Of a DNA stretch of 64,000 nucleotides, positions 49,250 through 62,499 are shown in pieces; the first letter of the stretch is position 1, and every line of letters begins with the position of its first letter. Where the stretch lies: NCBI GenBank assembly GCA_036172245.1, contig JAYWIR010000020.1:1550001-1614000 (forward strand), in the 5' to 3' direction. The notes under the pieces were generated by a model, which saw nothing but the letters and a program-made list of their open reading frames with translations, was not told the DNA's origin and ran no database searches. The translations under genes and the position numbers were made by a program. Source of the DNA: Raillietiella orientalis (taxonomy: Eukaryota).

Positions 49250-51790
49250 ATCTCCGTTTCGTAGGTGAGACGTCATTCCATCCCGAAATGCCATCTGTTT
49301 TTTTTCTTCAAAGCTTAGGATTTACAGGCTGCGTCTGCCTTGTCCCAGAATCCTGGAATTTCCAGAGACTTCACTTTCGGCAGGGGAATGCCATCTCTAG
49401 AGCCTTTGCGAGAATGCGCTGCTGCGCCTCCTTCCCGTCACCAGGTTTTGTGCGAGCCACTCCGGCGAAGCCTCCTCCGAAATGATCTTTTATCGGAAGA
49501 TCGTTTTGGGCAGGAATTCCGCAGATGAAAGGATTCTGGATATTCACCTCAGACTGCGTCCCTCCGTGCCAAGCCCCACCGACAATCGCACCCATCACGA
49601 CTGGAACTCATTTTTCTTTTTCCTCTCTCTCTTTAATGGATGCGTGAATCTTTCTGAAATCACCAGGGCGAACATCGGAGCGCAAAACTGCGGATTAGTG
49701 GAGGGCGAGTCAGCACCGGCGGCATCGCCCATCTCTTCAAGACAAAATTTGAGAAACATACACACACGAAAAAGAAATGCCCATAGGAGACCGATTCCTG
49801 GATTCCGTCCAGTCCCGCATCTCTTCAGTTCGTGTGCCCTCCAGAAGATGTGAGGGAGTCACCTGGAGTTGCCCGAAGCTCTTCTCGCCCTTTTTATGTC
49901 TTCTCCGCGTCGACCAAGCTCCTTCCTTCTTCTCAGTCTGGAAGACTCCCTTCCCCTTCCCCTTGGAAAAAGCTGAGCGAACGGCGTTCCACCACGGAGG
50001 GACTCCAAATTCCTCCGCAGGAGGAGCCCTTTTTTCTGTTTCTTCTCCAGAAGGAATTTCTCTGCCCCTTTCTCTTTTTCGGATGCCCGTGCCACGACCC
50101 GCCTTCATTCATCCACGAATAGCGCTTTTTCCTCCCTACTCTGAGCATCCCCATGCTGCGTGCGACCCCAATTTACTGCCTTCGAAGTTTACCTTCATTT
50201 GAATTACAGAAAACACGCGGTTTCCTAGCAACCCCGAGCCGCAGACCCGCCATTGCAACCAACAACACTCTTTCAAATAAAAAACGGCATGCTGCGGATG
50301 GCTCCTTGTCTCGAAGACAATCTTGCTCCATTCGTTGATGAACGGATTGAGGTTGTTTTCTGCCGCAAGAGGCCATTCTTTAGGAACAATCCGCCCTTTG
50401 TTCCGCCGTGTTTTCCGCAAACCTCTCAGCTTGTGACGCACATCTAGGGTGACAAAGGAACCTTTTCTTGCTCTATCCCGGGACATCATACGGGAACAGC
50501 ATTAGAACACACCTTTCGAGATAGCTCTCTCGGGAGGGCGAAAGAGAACTTTCTCAAAAACAGTTCGTATCAGTTCTCTCGGAGCCCAATTGCTTCACCG
50601 TTCAAGTCCTGGAAGTTGCTCGGAACCCGCATCCCGCCCATCAGTCCTAAGGTGGCTGCAGCTCCTGGTCCGTTCTGGGATGCAACACTGCACCGTTCGC
50701 ACTTACCCTCCTGAGCATTCGAGGAATCCACGAAACCGGATTGAAGACCAGACCAGTGGGAGAGTAGACCAAGGATGAAATCGGAAACAAGCAGTGTGCT
50801 GGCAGAAACCACTTCCGTGTTGTTGCTATGCAAGTAGGGCGATTCAAAAGTGTTCAGTTTGTTCGAAAACGTGAAACAGAGCTTTTGCTGTTCGGAGCAA
50901 GGCTGCAAAGCACTCTTGCAAGAAACCTGCGGGAGCCGCACTTTCCCGCATTCTCCCTTCGAATGCCTTATAGGAAAGGGACTGACCCGGAGAAAGAGGA
51001 TTGACGATCAGTGATTATTTTCCGATAAAAAGAGTTTATCTCTTGAGAAAATCGAGCACACCGAGGGCTGCAGGTGCGGGTTTGATGTAGCTCTCAACCG
51101 CTCGGATGTAAACGCACCTCTTAGTCTGGAAATCCCAAAGAGGAGGGAATCGATGCGATCTCTTACAATGCCCTTACAAGCAAATGACCCCCTCCCTTCG
51201 TTTCCCTCAAAGTCAAAAAAAGTCCAGCTATGTCCAACTTTGGGACGTCTGTTGGGAGAAGGAGAGCAAGTGCAAGGATGGGCACAGAGACTTCAGTAAA
51301 TTTGCAGAAACTTCTCTTGTGCCTGTGTTGGAAGTCTAGTTTCCTTCCCAGATAACCCCACACATTCCACTTCCGTGTTCATCCATTTGTCGACTCTTTG
51401 CAGTGTTTCAGTATCCAAGACACTCTTCCTTCTTTTGTTGTACGCAGATTGGAGTGTGCAAGCACTTCGACCAAGACTGCTCCATCTGAATTTTAGCGTG
51501 CAATAGCTGGAAGTTTCTTACGGTTTTCCTTTCTTTTTCGTCTCCTTTGTCCAAAATGGACTTGCCGCGACGGAGTAACCAAGAGGAATTTCGAGTTCCA
51601 ACGAGGTAACTTGGAACTCGAACTCTCTCTGGAAAAAAACGGTAAGTTGCGTGTTCAGACACAGAGAATGAGCTCTTCCGGGATAATTCGGGACCTAGAG
51701 GTTTCGGCTGTTTCCAACTGCTGAGAAGCGTGTGGTTAGAGGGAAGAGAAATAACAAAGCCCTGGACACATTGCGGAGACTCCACTAAAA
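49250..51790 (-). mobile_element. Degenerate Ty3/gypsy pol (RT-RNaseH-IN)
   Basis: SSWKQPKPLGPELSRKSSF..TYRF (SGFWQIPLxxESRKLTTF..RYRF); SILDKG..SKC..ECLGY; FTFSNKLNTFESPY (AYASRxLTxTExRY); EWP..LNPF (GWP..LKPY); FICGIPAQ; KPGDGKEAQQRILAKA (PQSNGxAE..LLKKA). Confidence 0.65.
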
Positions 51791-53914
51791 AAGAAGAAAG
51801 CTAGTAGCTGTACTGTGCAGTGGTTTCAAGTCGAAAAAACATTCAGCATCCTTTAATTCACGCCTATTGATCGCTATTTTTTTTTTTTTTTCTTTACGCT
51901 AGCAATCATCATTAGAATTTCAAAAATTCACTTGCTGCCGATTTTTAGGGCAAGCCCTCACTTTTCTCGATTTTGTGTTGCGCAAGAAACCACACTCTGT
52001 ATTGGATTTCGTCTTTGTCGATGTAAACACGCCGATGAGGCAGGGAAGAAGTGTCCCCTGTACGATGTGTGACGCGTACAGGAAAACAGCACTCGATTCC
52101 TACATACGAGATTTTTTTTTCATCTTCAACAATTGTATTCTTTTACTTTACTCACTCTCTATCGACGTAATCCGTGCACGACTGCTTGTAATTGTTATAT
52201 GGGAATAATGGACTCCGACCACCAGTGGTTTCACCACCAGTGGATCGCCATCATACAGAGGGCATTCTATGATATACTTACGTGCTTGTTACATTTACAT
52301 ATCCGTGATCAACTTGTAATACGAGATGCTCCCTTCACAACTACGAGATTAATCATAAGGTTGTGGCTCGGCATCGGAGATGTGGTTGATAATGCTAAGG
52401 TGGCAAGAAATAGATTTCTAACTATGGCTGTTTAACGCTTGCAACTCAGTGCTTTAGGATTGAAAGAGTTCGTACGATTGAAAACAAAACAAAATGCTCG
52501 AGCGCCGATCAGAGATTAGACGACACGAAAAGGTATTTTAACTGGAATTTGAATAGAATAGCCTCAGACCAACAGAGGAGTTCCTTTTAACGTCCAGAGC
52601 TAGGGCAAGCTAATAGCTTCCAAAAGAAAAAATCCAAGAAAATTCAGGTAGTAAACTTTGCAAGCTTCAAGGAAACCGAGATCAGAGTACAGAGGCCGCT
52701 GCTGCTGCAGGTATGCAACTGATGTCAATCTTCGACACCTGATTAAGCAGATTCCTAAAAAAAATGCAGCCCGTCATTAGAAGCACGCTTCTTCAACATG
52801 GAAGAGAATGACCTTTATCAGGAACCTATGTCTTCTAGAATTTCCAAAGGAAAAGAGTCGACTTTTGCTTTCAAAACTGTCAGGACCAATGTATCATTAT
52901 TTTTAAAAGGGAAGGCAGGAGATTTTGCGATAAAACCCTTAATGGTTCTCTATTCATGAAATTTCCGCACCCTAAAGGGTTGCTTTTGTTATCTGAGGTT
53001 CCAACAGAAAAATGGTACTGCGACGGGAATGTGACGCCATGATTCTCTTGCGACTTCTTAACTGCATCCTGGAAATCTCGCAGAGATTTCAGGGATCTGC
53101 TGGCGTCCGATTTGTGCTGCGTACATTTGAGCCAGCTAAGCTAAACTTGGCCAGATCCGTTTCTCGGGCACGTTTAGCACCTCAAAGAAAATACACACAC
53201 ACGTACACAGCATATAACCTTACAATCCACTAAATACGCACCAAATCGCTTGGTGCGTATTTAACGTCGCGTTCTAACGAAAACGCTTTACTGGGAAGCC
53301 TGGATTGGTTAGGAGCATTCGGGCTTCAATTACAGCTACGGGAGAACCACTTCCGGTGGAACACAACTGCGATCCGCGCGAAATTCCAAGGACGCCAAGG
53401 ATGCGTAAATCGCGCGCGAGCCGCGCGCGTTGCATTCTTTTGCTAAGCATTGCGGGCGCCAAAAATGCCCACGGACGACTTTTCCAGAATGAACGAGATG
53501 CATCTGTTTTTCCGAAATTGAAGAACGGAAGGAAATTCGGAACACTGGTTCGGATTTGTCAAGGATAGTACTCCAATAGTAACGTCTCCGTTGCCCCTTG
53601 CCGCTTTGCTACACCTCATGCCCCTCACGTACCGCTCAGAAAGTCATGAGGGCTGCTCGCAGTGGGGACAAAGCAAAACTCTCAGGAGGGTACAGTACAC
53701 GTACAGAAAAACAGTACGGATTCTGAAGACGCGTCAAAAGCAATACCACCACTCCGACAGTGGAATTAGGGCAGTAGCATGCAGGAACTAGAACCGTTTT
53801 CTGATAAGGCTAATTTTCGGTGGATTCTACGTCCAAACCCCAAATACTTTTGTATTTCCCCCAAAGCATTTGAATTCCAATTCGGACAAACGTGAAAATC
53901 GCAACAAGTTTCAT

Positions 53915-56855
53915 TTATCGGTGATGGAAAGGGCGAACTTGCGGCTTCTGTTTCAACAAACCAGCAGCTGATCTCAATGTCTTCCTGTCCCTCTTATGCC
54001 TTTGCATCCTTTCGGCAGCTCGGTGCTTAGGATTCTAGAAAAAGTCAGCCAGAGTCACTAAATAAGAAACGTACTGGTACAGATGTATAAGTAATCTCTC
54101 TGTTTCCACCTCCTCGAAGGATAGTAACCTGGGTCTTATCTTCTTGAGACAGGCGTTCACCAAGAGAAACACTAGATACTCGTATCATAAATGTGAATAC
54201 GGGAAAATTAGCTGTACCTTTTCTCAAGTTGATCTTTATTCTCTTTTTTTTCATCCACACTATCAAGTGCCTGGACTTGATAACGATTTTTAGTCTTTCT
54301 CTCATGAGGCAATGGTTGCGGTTTCAGTCTTTGTTGCAAATGTTCATCATCAGATGAACTACTTTCAAAATCTGATCCAGCACCCTATTGATGAAGATAC
54401 GGTTTACTTTATTATATAAATAACTAAATATATCTGTCTGTGTATGTATCTATGCACAACTGCACAAGGATAAATATAATTAATATATAATTTTGTTGAC
54501 ATATTATGGATTGGTATCAAGCAATGGGAACATCATCTCACCAGTGTTTCTTGTTCTTCCTCTTCCTCCATTTCCAGTGGAGTAACAGCTTCAGCTGATG
54601 CTTTCTTCAGTCTCTTTTTTTCCAGATGTGAAATGACTGGATGAATTAGTCTATTCTAAATTGGTGCATTTCAATTCTGTCAGCTCTCACCTGTATTCCT
54701 CAGCACTGGTATCGATTTCAAAATTGGGATCTTTAAACAGAGCTTGGAAGCGCTCATCTTTACATAAACTGACTAGTTTCTTCTTCTTGCCACCTGAGGT
54801 TTCCTCTTCTAGCAATTTGATTGCTAACTCCTTATTCACTTGGGGCATTTTCTAAAAGAATATAACTTGACATGCAGAAGCATTCTGCCACCAGAAAATC
54901 TACCATTAGTTTCACACGGTTTTCATGCATTTTTTCAATCTGCTGAACAATCTTCTGATGGCGAAGATTCTCTAAAGCAGATGGGCGAACAAGTGATCGA
55001 GCTTTTTGATACAATCTCATATCCAAGAAATACCCATGCATATATGCTCTCAGTAAATTGGTACCCAGCAAGTGACCCAAGCCTAGCTCATTAAGCTCAT
55101 TAAGTGTCACAAACTTATAATCGTCATAGGCATCTATAGGTGCACTTTCCTCTAATTCTTCTGTAAGATTATCCAGGAAACAGCACCAACGTGGAGCTGG
55201 TCCAATAGACTAATCTAAATGTTGTTCTCTGTCCAGACCCAGTGCTTACAGGAATATAGAAAGTCTGGATTTTTCGATCTTCACAAGCCATAAAAAGAAG
55301 ACCAGTGTTGGCAACCACATGGAGATCATTCAACTCAGATGGGGATTCAATGGAAGTGTAAGGTTTTCCCTATGTGGAAACTATTTTCCTAATTCATGGA
55401 CACTGATGATGAACATACAGTTTCACGATTCCATATTTTTAGTATTTTTGAATCCAAACTAAACACCAATCCAGATGGATCATGGAAAGACATTGCGTGT
55501 ATTGGATATCCATACAAATGATCTTTAACCAAAAGAGGTCGAGAGGAACGGAGATCATAAAGGAGTACCTGGCCAGTAGTCATACCAACACCAAAGAGCA
55601 AACCATCATGACACTGCAGACAAGAAACTGAAGGTAGCCCCTGAATTCTAAAAGAAATTTAAATCAAATCAAATACTACTTTATGTACATTAAAGACCAC
55701 ACACTCTGAGTTGTTAGCTAAGGTAGACAGAGCACAATCCAAACTGCCAACACTCTTTTTGGAGCGAGGATCCCAAGCCTCTACACAACCTTCCACAGTA
55801 CCACACAACAACAGCTGATGAACAGGATTCACTTGACAAACATTAATTGAGCTTGCATTGGTCACAAAAGGTTGAAGGAAGCATCCACGTTCTAGATTAA
55901 ATCTTATCACTTCATTGCTAAAAGGGTAAAAGAAAGACAAATTATCACAAACTCAGCTCATAAGCACACCTGTTGCCGACAAAATACAGGTCACAATCCC
56001 ATGAATTATACTTCATATCTTGACCAAATATGGGAATTCTCAATTGATAGTATTTGCCATACATAGCATGAAACTCAACATAACGATCACTTTGCATGAA
56101 TACTACCTAAAAAAATTCCTATTTATTTGCACTGATGCACATGTCCAATAATTACCTTGCTATAATCATCAGAGAGAATTTCAAATCCTATGACCTCTGA
56201 ATCAAAACATCTTTCAAATTTCATGGATAACTGTTTCACATCATAACAGCGTACTCTAGGTTTATAAATCCCTGTGGCAAAAATAAACTGACCATCATTT
56301 GACATCTTCACATTCGTACTAACACCAGGCATTTCAAAATCCTGAATCAGTTCAATTCTTCTACGCACATCTGAAATAAATAAATGTATTCCACTGCACG
56401 TTCTGATGTTCCTCTTATTAATTTCATGCAAACCCAGTTACAATGGACATGCATATATGATTTAAAAACTCACCAACATCTTTTTTCTGAAGGGCTCGTT
56501 TTTTCCTGTCTGAAAGCCACTACAAACGAAAAAAACATATTTATTATGCATAAAATGAACAGTAAAGAAATCACTTTTGCCAAACTGCGATACCGAAAAT
56601 CATTTTCGTATCTAGAAGAATTAACTATCATTCATAGACCTGTCATCACTGGACCTTACTCAACTATTACTTAATTATGTCATCTGATTATACGAAAGCA
56701 TCCATTCCAATAACAATATATACTACTACATTATGTCACACACACGCTCCAATGAATACAAAACTGAATAAAATAGTTTTTTGTCATACCTCAGGTAAAG
56801 ATTTTCCGGTGCTTAAATTATAAATCTTCACGTTGTTTGGAGCAGATACTTTCAT
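53915..56855 (-). CDS. NOL10: Nucleolar protein 10 (NOL10/Enp2; WD40 plus NUC153-type SSU processome factor), 13 coding exons, about 661 aa
   Basis: Manually spliced exons, all GT-AG and in frame: 56790-56855, 56474-56519, 56156-56370, 55970-56106, 55705-55917, 55419-55647, 55250-55369, 54904-55209, 54691-54851, 54542-54650, 54218-54384, 54075-54171, 53915-54034 (1986 nt). Translation MKVSAPNNVKIYNLSTGKSLPEWLSDRKKRALQKKDVDVRRRIELIQDFEMP...GIYKPRVRCYD...SMKFERC...IGPAPRWCCFLDNLTEELEE...YDDYKFVT...LLRAYMHGYF...DERFQALFKDPNFEID matches hallmark NOL10 motifs. The last three exons are less certain than the first ten. Confidence 0.97.
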
Positions 56856-59769
56856 GGCTATCAAGCTCGATTATGATAAACTTATACACAAAAGCAAACC
56901 AAAACTTCTGTCCTTGTTTGACCTCATAATGGTTCTACCTTTTCTCGATGACATACTTCTATGCAACGTTATCAATTACTACAATAAACGAGGGCACATG
57001 AATTTGCAAAACTTTTTCCACCAAAGTTCTAAAACGTTATATTGGCAGTTTTGCCAAGTTTCAGGTTTAAAGTGACTCCCTGCTATGCCTTTGAAGATAC
57101 ACAACACTCGATTCCGAAGAATCTCCACTCAGGCAGTCCTTCTCTCCCCTCATGTTTCCTTTAAGGAAAGTGAGACCCAATACACGATTACCACTCGGAC
57201 TTTCTAATAAAAACTCATTTTCACCCACTCTAGAATTCTTTTTGCATATAATGAGAGAAATTAGGTTAAGGACATGAATTAAAGAAATTAGACAATCATC
57301 AAAATACGACGTAAGATGTGTTAACAGCAAACATAAATTATGCCAAAATTTTATCAATCTCGAAAGCAGAACATTATTACCAGCTAAAATGGTACCAATT
57401 TGGGAAAGTGATTATTAATAATATGAAAACTTATATATGAATAACATGGGAAGAGAACTCTCATACAATAAAGAAAACAGTTACATTTTGAAGAATTAAA
57501 ACCGAAGACTTGCTGATAGGTACAAGAGAAAGTTTATAGTTTGGTTTCCTGAGGTCAAAACACAAAGCGCTCACCTTTACAAATTTTTCATGATAAGTAA
57601 CGAAAAATGGAAGAATGACCGAACTATGAGCTTCCATCAAAACTCATATGGGAATTCAGAGAACTGAATTCCATATGAATGAAGAACTTTGGTAATAGCT
57701 TTGAAAATGATCCTAGGAGTGTTTCACAATTAGGCAAATCATGTCTGACAACTTTAAGTTATGTTATAATGAACTAAATTAAAGAATGGGAATCGAGTGA
57801 TATCACACTTATGTCTTGGTTTACATTATGAAAAAATCAAATACTACAAGGAAGCCAATTGAGGGGAAAACATTGCGGCAAATTCGCTAGCAACACAGTT
57901 TGTAAAGAATTTGTATACTACCCGTAATATGACTAGACAGTATGTACTTATTTATATAATAACTATATAATTATCAAGGTACTTGACAAGTTACAGATAT
58001 GATACGTTTTTAGAATCAAATATATGCATAACATATATTGTGTTTGTGTTTATGTATACGCAAATGACTGTGAAAATTAATACAATGCAAAAAACTGTAA
58101 TGGATATATCCAGGCTTTGTGAACAGAGCAAATAGGAAATATTTCATGCCAAATGGATTTTTGGAGATAAGGCGGAGACAGTGGGGTCGAAGTGGATTCT
58201 CTGAAAGTCTATAAGAAAGTTTGGTGTTTCTGAAGTATGAATAGTGCACTTTCTTTTTGAGTCGCAACGTGAGACTTTGTGGCTCTCAGAACACCTTTTG
58301 CAGCTTATAAATATATGTAAATATGAAAACTATAGATGCCCATTTGACCTTTTCACTTTTCAGTGCAGCAATTGAATGTTATCGCACATTCCCCTGTCAT
58401 CTCCAATCCTCCCAACATATGATTGCAGGTTCGCCTACCGATCAGGCTAGAAATCTGGTTTCATGAAAATACAGCAGACACCTTCTACGATCGAAATTTT
58501 TGGCACCTCGTGAATAGACTGAATTTCAAAAATCTCTGCTTGTATAAATTTTCAAATTTCGCGATCTGTCTTTAGCTTTTCCAGATTCCTCCAGAAGATT
58601 TCATCCTTGTCCTGATTCACCGTTGCAGTTAAAGAGTTTCTTTGTGCCAAAATGCAGGATGTGTTTGCAAATCAAGATAAAAAAAAAAAAATTCTTTTCT
58701 TCATTTGGAAACGACTCTGGAATGCAGATTTTTCAAATTTGGAAGACCTCTGTCCTCGAACTAAGGAAATGAAGTGGAAACAAGCGTCCATGCTACACCA
58801 TTTTCTCTTGTTGTTCACTTGTTCAAGAAACGAGGAAAAAACGGATTTTTTATAATCCGTCATTTTGTTCAGATCCCTCTCAGAAATTTTAGCTCAGTCA
58901 CGTGCCATGGCGTCTCCCGGGGTGTTCTATTTAGAAATTTTTCAGATAAGTACCGTTGCACTGGATGATCGGTTCTTGAATTGGATTTAAGAATGGGAAG
59001 ATCTGTTCTGAGGACTACAAAGTATTTTTTTCTTTGCAAAAACGGACACTGGCTTGGTTTCTGAACACGACTTTCTCGGTGGGAAGATACATGCATGCTT
59101 AGATTTCCTTAGTTCTGAATCTTAGGCTGGCCTACAACAAAAGCCATTACAAGGGATTCTTGCAGGTAAAGCAAAATCTTCCACTCGCTAATACTAATAG
59201 AATTTTTCATTTTTCATTGGGCGTGAGTGAATTGTATTCGAATTCTTTTCCAATACAATTCACAGAGACACAGTACAGAGGGAACAGGAAGATTTCCTCC
59301 GTCAGGGATTTCGAATTCCCATCCGAAATCACTTCCCCTATTATCAGAAACATAGAAACAAAGTTGCTTGCAGTCACTGGAGGACTGATATTCTCTTAAA
59401 GTTTTCAGCACTGAATGCCTGTTGTAAGAAAATCAAAAAACCTGACGCGAAATTCTATTCCCAGAGTCGCAGTCATTCGCTTTCATGGGAAGAAAGGAAA
59501 ATGAGGGTGTGAGGACGGAGGTCCATTAAAGGAGACTGAGGTTCATCTTCGCGCATGCGTAATTCGCATGCAGCTGACAGTGCCCAAATGTTTATTCTTG
59601 CTTCTATATCCTGGAAAGAAGATTTATAACTTGTAAGGAAGACGAATTTGGGGAAAAGGATATGTTAATCTGTCCCAATGAGGGCCGTACAAGCACGAAG
59701 AATGTCTGATTTGAAGCTGTTTCAGGTACAGCACTGTTTGCTAAACAGAAGTGAGCCGTTGTTTATCAC

Positions 59770-61910
59770 CAGCGGTTCAGACTCGTTTGAGAAGTGGTCC
59801 TTGCATGCTCGCAGGATGATAAACCATGTTCTGTCATAAGTGTACTGCAGGAGTCAAGAGTCAGAAAACTGCTATATTTATGATGACAGTGGATCCTAGA
59901 TAGATGATGATAGAAGGAATAAGATGTCAGAGTAATATGGACAGTTGTCCATAAACCTGTCCATAAACGATAGTGGAAACAACTGTGTGGTTTGCATACA
60001 GCTATGAAGATGAGGCACAGGTCCTTGAGTCTTGCACTGCAATCGTTTATTTCCGCTCCGTCCCGTCCTTTCATGGAAACAAGCAGTCTTTAAGAGAATG
60101 AGATGTTCCAGGAGGCAAAAGTGGTCCGAGTTTGAACAGAGGACTGAGTTCGGCTCAGGAAGATGATGTCCACTGGAACTTCGATATTCTGCTTCTCATA
60201 TTCTTCACTTGGAATTCAGGAAATCAACGGAGAACACCGTCCTGAAACTTGTAGGAAGAGGAAACATAGAGAAGCTTCTCAGAAAGCAGATTTTGTGATG
60301 TTGCTGCAGATTTCTACTGTTTCCCCAGGATAAACTTCCATTGAGATGCAGTCTCGAAGGTCAAAGGGGACCCTGGATCCTAAAGTCGGTGTTAATGGTG
60401 TATGGCGACAAGCAGACTGTTTTTTTTTTTCCCCCGAGCGCCAGCCCAGTCTGTCTGTCAATCGTGCTGAGGCAGTCACGACGTTCAGGAACGGCAAGAA
60501 ATGATTTCTGGGCGCAGGGATACGACGTATGGATCTTCCCAAATCAGTTGTAAGAAAAAAATAAAGGAGACTTCTGAAGATTGCGATGTTGATGATAAAA
60601 AAAAAAAGAGATCGAGTCTTTGCAATTTTAATGTGGGAGTTGCATTTCCACACTGCAGAGTCGCTGTCATCCTATGCCACTGAGTTTTGGAGAGTGCGGA
60701 CCATCCATGGTTTCACATGGATGTTGGGGAAAAAAAAAGAAACCATTTCAGAATGTGAGGATCGTCACCCAATGAGCAATAGTGATGCGAGGAGGGAAAG
60801 ATTTGATATGCTCTGCATGCTCCCCATAGTTGTAGGGATCCGGGTGATATGGGACAAATAGCCAATGGCTTTCTGAGAAACATCCGAGGACAGGGAGGTA
60901 GGAACAGAGAAAGTCTGTAGCTTTCTCAGCACTAACAGCATTTGTTTTGATACGGGGACAGGTCGAGAGGAGAAGAGAGGTTTTAATCTTTGTTTGTTCT
61001 TTGTGCCTCTTTTTTGTGCCTTTATCCGTTCATTGGTGTTGCTCCACTGACGAGGAAACTCTGGACGGATATCGGTCGCCTGGAGGTATTTTATTCGCAA
61101 CCGAATGCATCACATCGGAAAAGAAAGGGAGGCATTCTCTTATGCCTGATGCCTGCCTGATCTTCTGGATGATGACCATTGCTCAGAGATCCGGGACAGC
61201 TTGGGATGGTAAGACAAGAAAGACAACGTCTGCCAAAGTCTATCAGTCTTGTGTTCTTCCTGGAGATGAAGCTGGCAGGGAGGAGTCAAAAACAGGAGGA
61301 GCTCCCTACGTCCGCTTGAAGGAAGGGGAAAAGTAGAAGACTCGCTGATGTGAAGGGGACTCGTGGAGAGATAACACTCGGGCTGCAGACCCTTCCAGGT
61401 CCTCGTGGAGCTTTCTCAAGAACCTTCTTCCAGCGTGGTAGAAACTACTTGGTACTTTCTGATATCTGAAGCGTCTCAGCAACAGCTACGAGCTATGGCA
61501 GGAAAGAGGTAAAGGAGAGTTGGGTGGAAGTGAGCCACTAAAACTCAGCCGCATCTTCTGCATTTGCAGGAAGGCATGCTTTAAAGACATAGGGGCAGAA
61601 AGGAAGAGGGAATGTTATCCTTGGGAATGACCACTGGTCTCTAGGGATTTCAGGATGACCCTGTGACTTTGTAGCCAGGAGTTTGGGCGGAGACGCCGGC
61701 ATGGATAAGTTTGCTCTCGAAGCATTTTTCTTCATAAGCAGCAGTAGCTCCCAAGGAGTCGTCCACAGTACATGAAGGGCATCTACTCTTCCAAGGAGGC
61801 TCTCAGAGACTTTATTTGATGAGGAAGAAAGGAGAGGAGAGAAGAAGGCCAGTGAAAGCACAGCTGTGGCTGCTGCGGTTTGTCGACAGAGCGTGGAATT
61901 CCCTCTCAAC
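59770..61910 (-). mobile_element. Degenerate Ty3/gypsy pol (RT-RNaseH-IN start)
   Basis: TPWELLLLMKKNAS (SPxVLVKKKDGS); RDQWSFPRI (KDxYPLPRI); FRYQKVPSSFYHAGRRFLRKLHEDLEG; LKPLFSSRPV..PTSLSSDVSQKAIGY (PTxLSTDASQxGLG); SIRRIPAPRN (IxYIPGKxN). Confidence 0.65.
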
Positions 61911-62184
61911 TATCGCAGTTGTACTCTGCGATTGAAGATGACCTCCAAAAGAAATAAGGAAAACTGATTGCGGAGGGCACCCCCTTGCATCTCCAAGTTC
62001 GTGACTCTGTGGCGCTTTCAGTTTGTCAGCACCCCAGGTCGAAATGGGACGGCAGGGCCAAGTAGCAGAAGAAGAGAAATAAACAGATGCTTAAGTAGAT
62101 TAGAGGGAGAGAAAGGTACTTAAAGAGAGCAAGAGGGTTGTGTGGCGTTCGTGGCCACGAAGAGGGAGATTATAATGGCGATAA

Positions 62185-62275
62185 AGCGTGATGACAATGA
62201 ACTAGTGATGGCGAGGGTGACGAATAACAATAATAACATGACGATGACGGCAATGAACAAGAGTCAGGATGATAG
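62185..62275. repeat. Degenerate (GAT/GAC/AAT)n low-complexity tract
   Basis: gatgacaatgaac..gatggcgagggtgacgaataacaataataacatgacgatgacggcaatgaac. Confidence 0.6.
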
Positions 62276-62499
62276 GAGGGTCTAGAAGACGATGTAAGCG
62301 TAGAAGTCGGTGACAAGAATGACACCATCTGAACGGCTGGCTGATGGATTTCCATTGGGCACACAAACAAATATCGTATCTCTTCAGCACGTAATGGAAC
62401 GAGGAATTCACGGTTTCGAGAGTTTCAGAAGTTTCCCCAAGACCAATTTGACCCGAGTTGACCGCTGCTCCACACCGTCTCTGGGAATCCTTCAGGCCA

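Noticed and set aside
57067..57357. Neighbouring gene upstream of NOL10 (minus ORF ending at 57067, or plus exon MPLKIHNTRFRRIST from 57085)
   Set aside because: Could not build a multi-exon model or recognise the peptide; needs RNA-seq.
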